From Histomonas meleagridis 2922-C6/04-290x (Eukaryota; Protista; Parabasalia), in NCBI GenBank assembly GCA_020184695.1, contig JAANOX010000128.1, positions 124,001 through 188,000 on the forward strand: DNA of 64,000 bases, given 5' to 3'. The translations under genes were made by a program, and so were the position numbers. The notes below the pieces were generated by a model, which was given only the letters and a program-made list of their open reading frames with translations, was not told where the DNA came from and searched no databases. Positions 1 to 8,855 of the stretch are shown here, piece after piece (the first letter of the stretch is position 1; each line of letters opens with the position of its first letter).

Positions 1-559
1 GATGAAATTCAACAATTTTCCCAATGTTACCACTGCTACGAAACCCATTAATAACTTTAAATAATGAAATTGAAAATGGTTTTGCTTCAGGTGGAGTGGA
101 AGTTAAAAAGGCAAAATTTGTGGGTTTTTTTCGTGGAGAAAGTAATTCCTCAAATGTTATTTTCTTTTTTGATGTTACCTTTTCTTTTAGAGAATAAAAT
201 AAATCGGTGGGATTAAGAAGTGAATATAAGTCAAAAGGCAAAATTGGATCATCAAAAAAACTAAGTGGTGGAAAAACAGAGTTTTGGATAATCGATGTGT
301 CTCCTTGTTCATTTAAATTAAATGTTGATTTACCTACATATGAAAATCTTCTAAGAGAAGTTGGTGAAACAAAAGAACTTGCATGTAAATTCCTACTTTG
401 TATATCTTGAATTTCATCAGGTGGTTCTATAAAAAAACCATCTGGAGGATCAATATATTCAAACCCAGGAGGTAAAAGCCATGTAACGTCCCCTGTATTT
501 TTATTAAAATAATATGGTCTGGATGCCATTGGAGAAATTATTTTATAAACAACATCCAT
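1..559 (-). CDS. 5' part of a WW-like + MyTH4-like protein (possibly WW-MyTH4-RhoGAP type); runs off the window start
   Basis: Not in the ORF track. Manual translation from the ATG at 559 is stop-free to base 1: MDVVYKIISPMASRPYYFNKNTGDVTWLLPPG (WW-like YYFNxxTGxxTW), then KKITFEELLSPRKKP...LFKVINGF, which resembles a MyTH4 start. Confidence 0.6.
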   Translation of the reverse strand, partial: MDVVYKIISPMASRPYYFNKNTGDVTWLLPPGFEYIDPPDGFFIEPPDEIQDIQSRNLHASSFVSPTSLRRFSYVGKSTFNLNEQGDTSIIQNSVFPPLSFFDDPILPFDLYSLLNPTDLFYSLKEKVTSKKKITFEELLSPRKKPTNFAFLTSTPPEAKPFSISLFKVINGFRSSGNIGKIVEFH

Positions 560-596
560 TTAGTTCGAGCAACGTATCGGAGCACGTTTATTTTTT

Positions 597-2294
597 ATGC
601 AAACAGACTTTGTCAAGAGAATGGCGGTATGCATTTTCTTTGCATTTTGTCATTCAATCGAATATTTTGTAAGTTGGAATGGAGACAATCGAACAATATG
701 CCACTCGTTGTGGCCTTGTAAATGGGAAGTTGCAATAAATTTATTTAAACGAGATGATATAATCCAAATTACAGATCCCATACTTCAAACGGAAGAACAA
801 CTAAGAATCTTCCAGAACATGACAAAATATGTTCTGGAAACAGGTGGTGGTATTGCTTCTAGTGTTCAAACTAAAATTGATGGAACTGTTTTTGAACAAA
901 ACGAAACAGATTTTTTCCTTGAAATTTCACCTTTTAATGATTCTTTTATTTTTGGTTTTGATTTCATCAAATTTCATCATCCAATAATTTCAGTTCGAGG
1001 AAATGAGTTTTTTCTAATTACTAATTGTTCCTTTTACAATAGTTCTGTTATGTATGATTATCCTCTTCTTTCCTTTTGCAATGTTACTGGCATATTATCC
1101 AACACCACCATTTATAATAATTATATTGAAGGATCTTCAGTCTTCGGGTTAAGTACTAGTTCTCTAGGCTTTTATAATGGGAGTATCCAAAACAATGTAC
1201 AACTTTCTCGAGGTTCTATTCCATTAATTGAAGTATCAAATGCAGTTATTGAATTTACAAATTCCACGATTCTCAATAATTCCACTCCAAACTCGCCACT
1301 TTTTGGCTATTGGCTTTATGGTATTATTTATGCGACCAACACTACGATAAGTAATAATTTTTGTGGTCATTCCGCGTTAATTGTTGGCGATTCCATCACA
1401 AATCTCACAATATATAACTCGACAATTTCTAATAACAATGCGGCATTTGTTCATTCCATGTGTAAATCGATGATAAATATAACTAGTTCAGTTATCAAAG
1501 AGAACATCATTATTAATCACGCATTAATATATTCACCACAATCCACAGTTTATATTACTAATAATTCATATCTTGTGGAAAACATTGCCGAAAATATAAT
1601 TTCATCGAAAGGTTATAATGAAACGTATTTATATTTTGATTACGCTGTTTTAACTAATAACACGCATAATGATATTGGGTTTTCTTTAACAGAATCCAAT
1701 TCTTTTCTGAATAATTCATACTTAAGTTCGAATAATGGTATAAATAATTCGACTTTTCTATTAAATTCTTCAAACTTAAGTTTATATCAAACTTCGTTTT
1801 TTAATAATTGGGTAATAAATAATGGAAATGTTGTCCAAACTTTAAACACTAATTTGGATATAAGAAATAGCGCTTTTTACCAAAACGTTGGAAATCAAAG
1901 CGGTGTTTTTGTGGTTTTAACTCAAAAGCCAAATAAAACTATTTATTATCATTTTGAGAATTCGTATTTCTTGTATAACATTGGTAACGAAGTAAGTTCT
2001 GTGTTTTTCGATATTGAAATTCCGGAGTCTGTATTCGAATATTGTAATTTTAGTTCGTATAGATTCCAAGAAGTTAATGGTAACTTGGATTTAAATCAAG
2101 TTTTTCATCGATGCAGATTTAATCAAGGAAGAAAATTGAATTTAAGCTCTATCGATGATAATGTAACTGTAAGGAAAAATGATGTAAGAACGAAAGTATT
2201 AATCGCTGCGATAATAAGTTACGCTTTATTGTTTACTATGGTTCTTATTGCTTTATTCAAATACTTCTTGAAAAAGAATGACTTTGTATGTTAA
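597..2294 (+). CDS. Single-pass surface protein with Asn-rich right-handed beta-helix (pectin-lyase-like/Pmp-like) repeats
   Basis: 565-aa ORF with a hydrophobic N-terminal segment (MAVCIFFAFCHS; true start may be this second Met), repeated NxTIxNN/NSxFxxN motifs, a C-terminal TM (VLIAAIISYALLFTMVLIALF) and a short basic tail. Confidence 0.7.
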   Translation: MQTDFVKRMAVCIFFAFCHSIEYFVSWNGDNRTICHSLWPCKWEVAINLFKRDDIIQITDPILQTEEQLRIFQNMTKYVLETGGGIASSVQTKIDGTVFEQNETDFFLEISPFNDSFIFGFDFIKFHHPIISVRGNEFFLITNCSFYNSSVMYDYPLLSFCNVTGILSNTTIYNNYIEGSSVFGLSTSSLGFYNGSIQNNVQLSRGSIPLIEVSNAVIEFTNSTILNNSTPNSPLFGYWLYGIIYATNTTISNNFCGHSALIVGDSITNLTIYNSTISNNNAAFVHSMCKSMINITSSVIKENIIINHALIYSPQSTVYITNNSYLVENIAENIISSKGYNETYLYFDYAVLTNNTHNDIGFSLTESNSFLNNSYLSSNNGINNSTFLLNSSNLSLYQTSFFNNWVINNGNVVQTLNTNLDIRNSAFYQNVGNQSGVFVVLTQKPNKTIYYHFENSYFLYNIGNEVSSVFFDIEIPESVFEYCNFSSYRFQEVNGNLDLNQVFHRCRFNQGRKLNLSSIDDNVTVRKNDVRTKVLIAAIISYALLFTMVLIALFKYFLKKNDFVC

Positions 2295-2743
2295 ATGTTT
2301 GTTTTATTTTTCTAATTTTTTTTAAAGAAAATATATATTTTTTAGTGATATATTATGAGATCAATATACGATATGTATTTGGATTAGGTTTCAAACATAT
2401 ATGTATAATCAAGTTGAATAGAATTTTATTATCCTACATTTTCTTCATTGATCATAATTTTGGCTAACAAAGTATATAGAAGATCATCATTATTAAGCAT
2501 AAGATTTTTTAATTTTCCTAATATTTTTTATCAAATACTTAATATTAAGAATATTTTCAATTCATATATACATTATAAAAAATTTAAATGTTTACTTAAT
2601 ACTAAAAAGGAACAAAAAAATTTGTATATTTTGTGTTGTTGATTGTTTATTACCTCATGTAAGCAAATAATTATTTCTTTAATTTAAATATAGTTAAAAA
2701 ATTATATTTTCATATTTTATTCATGTTAAAGTTCATTTGATTG

Positions 2744-3340
2744 CTACCTGCGTGCATGAATTTTTTCATATTTCTTCATTCTAAAAACAACAACAACTAC
2801 AGCAATAGAATCAACTATAGCAATCGTATTTGTATTTCCGCCGCTTATGTTGGAGTCGTCGCCTTCTGTCTGAAGTTCTTCGTTCTTTGCTTTTAATTTT
2901 GCAACAATAGCATCAATTTTTACATTGTCTGTTGTAGTATAGATATCTCCATCATAACTTTTAAATAATTCACTTACAATACAAATAAGTTCTATAATTC
3001 GAGCATTTGTTTTGAATGTTCTTTCTTTTTCATTTGATTTACTTTCAGCTTCTGATACGATTGCATTTAATTTATCTTTTGTTTCTGCTTTAGAAATTTG
3101 AGCTTTATAATCTTGATTTTATTGATCCTCTAAAATATTTAACTCATCAATTTTATATTTTGCTTGGCTTTTAAGATGATCAACATAATTAAAGTCAAAG
3201 AATGCTTTTTCTCCAATTGATTGAAAGAATCCCAAATGATCTTTAACTTCAGCATACTTCAGTTTTGTTCCATTATAAAATCCAATAGCACCAACATGTG
3301 TAACATTTTCATCTATCTTAAGCTTTATAATATTAGCAAA
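2744..3340 (-). pseudogene. Degenerate BspA-like surface protein gene with a GA-module-like segment and eroded TM
   Basis: Manual translation: FANIIKLKIDENVTHVGAIGFYNGTKLK...QSIGEKAFF (TpLRR-like), AKYKIDELNILEDQ*NQDYKAQISKAETKDKLNAIVSEAE, then GGNTNTIAIVDSIAVVVVVFRMKK. In-frame TAA at 3119-3121 and 3341-3343; no usable start. Confidence 0.6.
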
Positions 3341-3473
3341 TTAATTCCTCCATTGGAACAGCTGCTGTAATTGCGAAAATTAATTCATTCAAAATAATTA
3401 TTTGTCATTTTGTTATCTCTTAACAATAATAACATATTAATTCTTGCTTTACTAAAACAGAATAATATTTTAT

Positions 3474-5264
3474 TTATTTGAAGTCTCTCTTGAAGCCGCT
3501 CTTACCCGAGAACAAGAACTTCGGCTCCAACACATCATTCTTCTTCACATAATAGTCGAACCTTTCGCCAGGCCCTCTCTTCTGCACTCCTTTGTTTCTG
3601 CTTTCCTTCTCCATCACTCTCTGTACTCTCTTCGGCTTCTGGCTCAGCACTTTCTCGACTGCCTTCGCTCGTGTTTCATCGTCTACGCCTCTTTCAGTCA
3701 ACAACTTATTGACGTGTTCGACAACTTCGGCTTGCGTCCTCTTCTTATGCTTCGTGGGCATTATGCTTTTAACGCCTGCGCGTGTTTGAGCTCTTGTTCG
3801 AATGATTGCTCTTCTTTCACGAATGAGTTTAACCATTTCTTCTTGGTCAGGCGCGACGTGCCATTTGTTTGCTTCGAAGTCTTCTTTCTCTTTTTGGTAT
3901 TCGGCATAACGAACTGTTTCTTCTTCAAGTAACTTTTGTAATTTCTCATTAATGTTCGGATCTATAAAATCAGCAACGTTACGTCCTTCGATAATTTCCG
4001 GTATTATGTCTGTCTTCCATTCATCGTTCGCAAGGATTTTCTCTTCGTTTGTATTAGGGACATAACATCCGGCGCCGCCTTGTTGCTCTTCTAATTCACG
4101 CGCTAATGGACGGTTAAGTCCTTGTGGAGCAAATACTGTCGGTGGAATATTTGGCTCAAGTGGTGCTTCTGGTTGTGCTATTGTAAGTTGTGAGCGAACT
4201 TTGTCTATTTTATCAGATGTGCGCTTAGTCTCTACACGCATGTCTAAAAGTCGTTGACATACACTTTCTTTAACTTCGGCAACTCCATCACCAGTGATAG
4301 CACTCATTTGACGGAATTCAACATTGGGTGCTAACATAGAATCGATAAGTGCTTTCTCGTTTGGACTTAATGAGTCTGGTGAAATCAAATCGCATTTTGT
4401 GAGGACGACCGTTACGGGGCGGTTACTGAATATTTCTTTCAAAGAGTGAAACAGACTGACTTGCTGTTCGATTGTGTAGCCACAGCTACCGGAAATATCA
4501 AGCATGTAGACAATGGCTGCTCGGAGATGAACCATGGCCATAACTGCTGTCATTTCAATTGTATTTCTATCTTCTAGAGGACGATCAAGTAAACCTGGTG
4601 TATCAATAACTTGCCACTTAAGATAAGCCCAATCTGTATGACCTAAGTAAAGTGATTTGGTGGTAAATGGAAATGCTGCAACTTCAACGTTGGCACGTGT
4701 AATAAGATTCATGAAAGATGATTTACCAGTAGATGGAGCACCAGAAAGAATAATTGTTGGTGATGATGGATCAATGGCTGGTAATCTTTGAAGATGCATT
4801 CTGACTTCTTCCAAATATTGAAGAGATGGTGTTAATCTTCTGCATGCTGTGCACATTCTACCAAGGGCTGATTTTTTAAGTGATTTACATCGATATAATG
4901 AATCACCATATTTCATGTACTTAACATAATCACGTCCAATTTTATCAACAAGATTCCTGGCTCCAGATACTTGGCCAAGCGCAAGTTTGTAATGGTCTTG
5001 ATCATAAATAACATTAATTAATGAAGCCCAAAATGGATGAATTGCATCAAGACGTGGAAAATCATCAATGATTTGAGAAAGCCTCTTGTGAAATTCATTT
5101 TGCGCAAATTCAATTTTTGTCATGTAAAAGTTTCTAATTCTAGATATTTGATATCCTGGGTGTACAACAGTTGCTGTTTTTCTATTTGTTGCACTAAGAA
5201 CGATATCAATAAGTCCTTGTGCTGTTGTTGGAATAGGGTGAATGCTGTTGAAAAGCAAAGCCAT
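3474..5264 (-). CDS. NOG1: Nucleolar GTP-binding protein 1 (60S biogenesis)
   Basis: NOG1 N-terminus (LSATNRKTATVVHPGYQISRIRNFYMTK), G1 GAPSTGKSS, G2 FPFTTK, G3 DTPG, G4 TKCD, NOGCT-like C-terminus (PKFLFSGKSG). Confidence 0.95.
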   Translation of the reverse strand: MALLFNSIHPIPTTAQGLIDIVLSATNRKTATVVHPGYQISRIRNFYMTKIEFAQNEFHKRLSQIIDDFPRLDAIHPFWASLINVIYDQDHYKLALGQVSGARNLVDKIGRDYVKYMKYGDSLYRCKSLKKSALGRMCTACRRLTPSLQYLEEVRMHLQRLPAIDPSSPTIILSGAPSTGKSSFMNLITRANVEVAAFPFTTKSLYLGHTDWAYLKWQVIDTPGLLDRPLEDRNTIEMTAVMAMVHLRAAIVYMLDISGSCGYTIEQQVSLFHSLKEIFSNRPVTVVLTKCDLISPDSLSPNEKALIDSMLAPNVEFRQMSAITGDGVAEVKESVCQRLLDMRVETKRTSDKIDKVRSQLTIAQPEAPLEPNIPPTVFAPQGLNRPLARELEEQQGGAGCYVPNTNEEKILANDEWKTDIIPEIIEGRNVADFIDPNINEKLQKLLEEETVRYAEYQKEKEDFEANKWHVAPDQEEMVKLIRERRAIIRTRAQTRAGVKSIMPTKHKKRTQAEVVEHVNKLLTERGVDDETRAKAVEKVLSQKPKRVQRVMEKESRNKGVQKRGPGERFDYYVKKNDVLEPKFLFSGKSGFKRDFK

Positions 5265-5382
5265 TTTTTGATGATTCCGTGGTCGTGTGATTGTGGTTGG
5301 ATTTTATTTGAACACTTTACATTTTTAGGGCACTCTGTTTGGAATCGATTTTTTGAGTTCACTTGACAAGGCGAATTTAAAA

Positions 5383-5955
5383 ATGTTCTTACCATTTTTA
5401 ATAGACTTTTTTATATTAATTCTTGTATTATATCATGTTATGGAATACTTGCTTCAACGTTATTTCCATCCAGATTCAACAAACAAATCATCATTTTTAA
5501 TTACAAATGATATTCTGATTGCATATGGATGTGGGATTGCAGAATACTTATTGGAATCATATCTTTTTTCATTCAAGAACAATGGTTCTATATTTGTGTT
5601 GATAGGTTTAATATGCGTTATTATTGGATTAATAATTAGATTTGCAGCAATTCTCACTGCTAAAAAGTCATTCACCCATCTTGTTGCAGAGAAGAAAGAA
5701 AAGGATCATGTTCTTGTTACGAACGGAATTTATAAATATTTCCGTCATCCTAGTTACTTTGGATTCTTCTTGTTTGCTGTAGGATCTCAGATTATGCTTC
5801 AAAACCCACTATGTATTATTGGATATTCAATTGTTCTATGGAGATTTTTCTCATCTAGAATCCAAAATGAAGAATACTATTTAGTCCAATTCTTCGGAAA
5901 AGACTATATTGAGTACAGGAATAAGACTCCTACAAGGATTCCTTTCATAAAATAA
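5383..5955 (+). CDS. STE14: Isoprenylcysteine carboxyl methyltransferase
   Basis: Multi-TM protein with HVLVTNGIYKYFRHPSYFGFF, NPLC, RIQNEEYYLVQFFG and Y.EYR motifs; ATG at 5383 preceded by an Inr-like TCACT. Confidence 0.9.
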   Translation: MFLPFLIDFFILILVLYHVMEYLLQRYFHPDSTNKSSFLITNDILIAYGCGIAEYLLESYLFSFKNNGSIFVLIGLICVIIGLIIRFAAILTAKKSFTHLVAEKKEKDHVLVTNGIYKYFRHPSYFGFFLFAVGSQIMLQNPLCIIGYSIVLWRFFSSRIQNEEYYLVQFFGKDYIEYRNKTPTRIPFIK

Positions 5956-6014
5956 ATCAAATTTTTTTAAGTTTATTTTTATATTTTCACAATTTGTTAA
6001 CGGTCATTTTAATA

Positions 6015-7526
6015 ATGAACGAAGAAGCAGAAAAATGGTGGAAAGATAATACAGAATTACCATCTGATAAAACACCAAACGTCAATGAAATGAATGCTGC
6101 TTTAAAAAAAATAGCAATAATTATTGAATTACTTGTTCATGATATCGAAGATCCAACTCAATATTGGGAATCAATGCAAACAATTATTAATTCTATTTCG
6201 AAAGCAAGGTGCCCAGATCCTCTCACAAATTTTCCAGAATTTATTAGTTTTTTATATACAATTCGAAATCATCTCAAACCTACAACACCAGAAGAAGTTA
6301 TTTCCTTTATCACCTCATCTCCTGTTACAGCGGATTCAATGTTTTTAATTTGGAAATTTTCTGATGTACTTGGATCTCCTCTTCTTTTTATCGATTCATT
6401 AAATACTTTAATGAAAATGCGGATACCTTTTAAACAACAACTTTCAACTTATTCTGGTTCTCTTGACTTTATTTTTGATCATTATTTCCCAATGCTTGAT
6501 TCATTTTCCACAACTAATAATAACACAATTACCACCCATATTAATCTTCTTCAATTTTTATGCCGACTTCTTATTGATTTCCCGACATCCATCCACAAAT
6601 TTTCAAAATATCATATTTCAATGTGGAATAAGCTTCTTAAATACATGACTAATCCCAATCTAACTCTCAAAATATCTTCATTCCGAATCGCCACAGATTT
6701 TTTCCAAAAGACTATGCATCAACTCACACCTCAAAATCAAGCAGATTTACTTCTTAAGCTTATTGTACGAAACCCTCCTTCTTCGCCTCTTCATATTCCA
6801 TCTATCCGATTTGCGATGGTTATAAGACCATCAGAATTTGGTTTTATCACTCTTTGTAAAACAATAATTGATCAAGGAATAATTGATCAATGTGACATTA
6901 GTATAATTGGTCGAGTACTTCGACTTCCTTGTATTAAAAACCCCACTGAGATTTTCCAATATCTGTTTAAAACAGGTACTTCGAATAAACTTTTGGCGAG
7001 TTCGTGCGCAAAAGTGCTACAAAAACCGCTTTTGAACTTCAAGAATTTAAACGAATTTCGTCCATGGGCAATTTTATACACAAAGCGCTCTTTCCAATTT
7101 ATAGCATTTGCTGAAATGAGGAATAAGTATAAGTATAGGTCTGTTTTAATAGTGCGTTTCTTTTATGTGATTAATAATCTTGAAATCGATTGGTTAAGTA
7201 CTACAATAAAAAGTTGTGCTTCAACCTTATTAAAGATGGAGAAATGTTTGAATTTGTTACAAGATAAATTTAAACAGATAAAAGATTTCGATCAAAGATT
7301 TGCTGATGAAATTAATAATACACCAGTCGATAAAGTTGACTTAAAACATTTACTTGATGATGTAAAAACGAATTTAAAGTTGTTGAAAACAGAAAATGAA
7401 ATTGAAGAAGAAATGGAACAAAAGAAAAAGAAGCCAACAATAGCCGAAATGAAAGCAAAATTTAGAAGAAGCCAATTAAGCAAAAATAACGAAATAGAAA
7501 ATAATAATGAGAATGTTTGTGAATAA
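6015..7526 (+). CDS. Hypothetical alpha-helical protein
   Basis: Long stop-free ORF (first ATG at 6015) with protein-like composition and a charged C-terminus; no family recognised. Confidence 0.7.
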   Translation: MNEEAEKWWKDNTELPSDKTPNVNEMNAALKKIAIIIELLVHDIEDPTQYWESMQTIINSISKARCPDPLTNFPEFISFLYTIRNHLKPTTPEEVISFITSSPVTADSMFLIWKFSDVLGSPLLFIDSLNTLMKMRIPFKQQLSTYSGSLDFIFDHYFPMLDSFSTTNNNTITTHINLLQFLCRLLIDFPTSIHKFSKYHISMWNKLLKYMTNPNLTLKISSFRIATDFFQKTMHQLTPQNQADLLLKLIVRNPPSSPLHIPSIRFAMVIRPSEFGFITLCKTIIDQGIIDQCDISIIGRVLRLPCIKNPTEIFQYLFKTGTSNKLLASSCAKVLQKPLLNFKNLNEFRPWAILYTKRSFQFIAFAEMRNKYKYRSVLIVRFFYVINNLEIDWLSTTIKSCASTLLKMEKCLNLLQDKFKQIKDFDQRFADEINNTPVDKVDLKHLLDDVKTNLKLLKTENEIEEEMEQKKKKPTIAEMKAKFRRSQLSKNNEIENNNENVCE

Positions 7527-7554
7527 ACCATGTTATAAAAAATTACAAATTATT

Positions 7555-8127
7555 TTACTTAACAATAGAATCTATGTATTCCTTGTCCAAAGCTGATCCG
7601 TTAGCAGCATTTATTAATATTTGTGCTACTTGATCAATTTGGAGATTTTTATCAGTTGGAAATTTTTCTGTTCTGACGTCTTTTAAATATTGCGGAATAT
7701 CGCTATTTCCATTGTGATACCCAATAATATAACATTTTTCTGGATTAAGTGATTGGCAAACATTTTCTGAAAATGGAGTTAAATACACCAAATTTTCAAG
7801 GTTAGGGAATATTTTCTCCACCGATTCATTATGAAACGTAACAAGATTTTTATTCCAGTTGAATGCATTTATTCTATGGAATAATTGCTTCCATGATAAA
7901 TTCATTGATGTTATAATAAATGGAAGTGACTTCTTTGCTCCCTTGTTTGTCGCATATATTAGTGATGTTTGTTTCACTAATACAGCTTGTTGATCAGAAT
8001 AATTTTGGATTTTGCTTAAATCTATAATTATTTTTGGTCCATCAGCTACCACAATTTTTTTGTGTCTTGAACTTTTTTTCTTTGCTTTTATATTATTTTC
8101 GACTCTTGTTTTTTCAGCAACATCCAT
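7555..8127 (-). CDS. TRM10: Trm10-like SPOUT tRNA m1G/m1A9 methyltransferase, divergent
   Basis: GPKIIIDLS, Q...LIYATN, ENLVYLTPFSENV..LNPEKCYIIG match the Trm10 pattern; first ATG at 8127. Confidence 0.65.
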   Translation of the reverse strand: MDVAEKTRVENNIKAKKKSSRHKKIVVADGPKIIIDLSKIQNYSDQQAVLVKQTSLIYATNKGAKKSLPFIITSMNLSWKQLFHRINAFNWNKNLVTFHNESVEKIFPNLENLVYLTPFSENVCQSLNPEKCYIIGYHNGNSDIPQYLKDVRTEKFPTDKNLQIDQVAQILINAANGSALDKEYIDSIVK

Positions 8128-8240
8128 CCCGATAAAATCGAACAAAGCTTGTCAAAAATATCGCGTTCTTCCATTTGAAGAAAAAGTGTAATAAATGAAT
8201 TAAATATATGTATATGGACTGAATATATGAACGTGAATAT

Positions 8241-8374
8241 AAATATAAATATAAATATAAATATAAATATAAATATAAATATAAATATAAATATAAATAT
8301 AAATATAAATATAAATATAAATATAAATATAAATATAAATATAAATATAAATATAAATATATATATATATATAT
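8241..8374. repeat. Perfect (AAATAT)20 microsatellite followed by (AT)7
   Basis: Twenty exact hexamers at 8241-8360, then ATATATATATATAT. Confidence 0.97.
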
Positions 8375-8855
8375 TAATAACTTCCAATTACAAATAATAG
8401 CATACATTGAACACCGTATAAAGATTATTAACAAAATTGAAATCTTCTATGAAAAACTCATTGTTATTTTTTTTAATAACTCTTATTATAGACAAAAGTT
8501 AATATAAAGGATTAATTGTTTTTATTACTGTGAATATTATATATTTGTTGTTTACTGACTGATTTTCTTCACAATACATAAAAATATTACTTTAAGGTTT
8601 GATGCAAGAAAATATAACCAAATTTATTAAAAAGAAACTTATTTTTTGATATGCAAATGAATATAGTTTCTTGATTTGATTAAACAGTTAAAGCTTTATG
8701 ATGAAACTCAATAACAAATCGATATTATTTTTCCCTTGAAATGGTTTAATATTTTTCAGTTACGATGGACGTCAAATAAATATAGATAAGAACTAAATTT
8801 TTATGATTCAGTTTTTATCATTTGAAGAGTAATCCAAAATTCTAGAAAAAGAAAT

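Noticed and set aside
575-586. TATCGGAGC(A/G)CG shared with 27175-27186, both upstream of minus-strand genes
   Set aside because: Only two instances of an 11/12 match; not distinguishable from chance without a genome-wide count.
2744-3343. Stop-codon reassignment (TAA read as an amino acid) to explain in-frame TAAs here and stops in the ankyrin spacers
   Set aside because: Conserved genes in the window end at TAA, TGA or TAG at the expected positions and have no internal stops, and most spacers also shift the frame.
8088-8434. ORFs 8088-8387 and 8114-8434 (poly-IF / poly-YL)
   Set aside because: Artefacts of the stop-free hexamer microsatellite.
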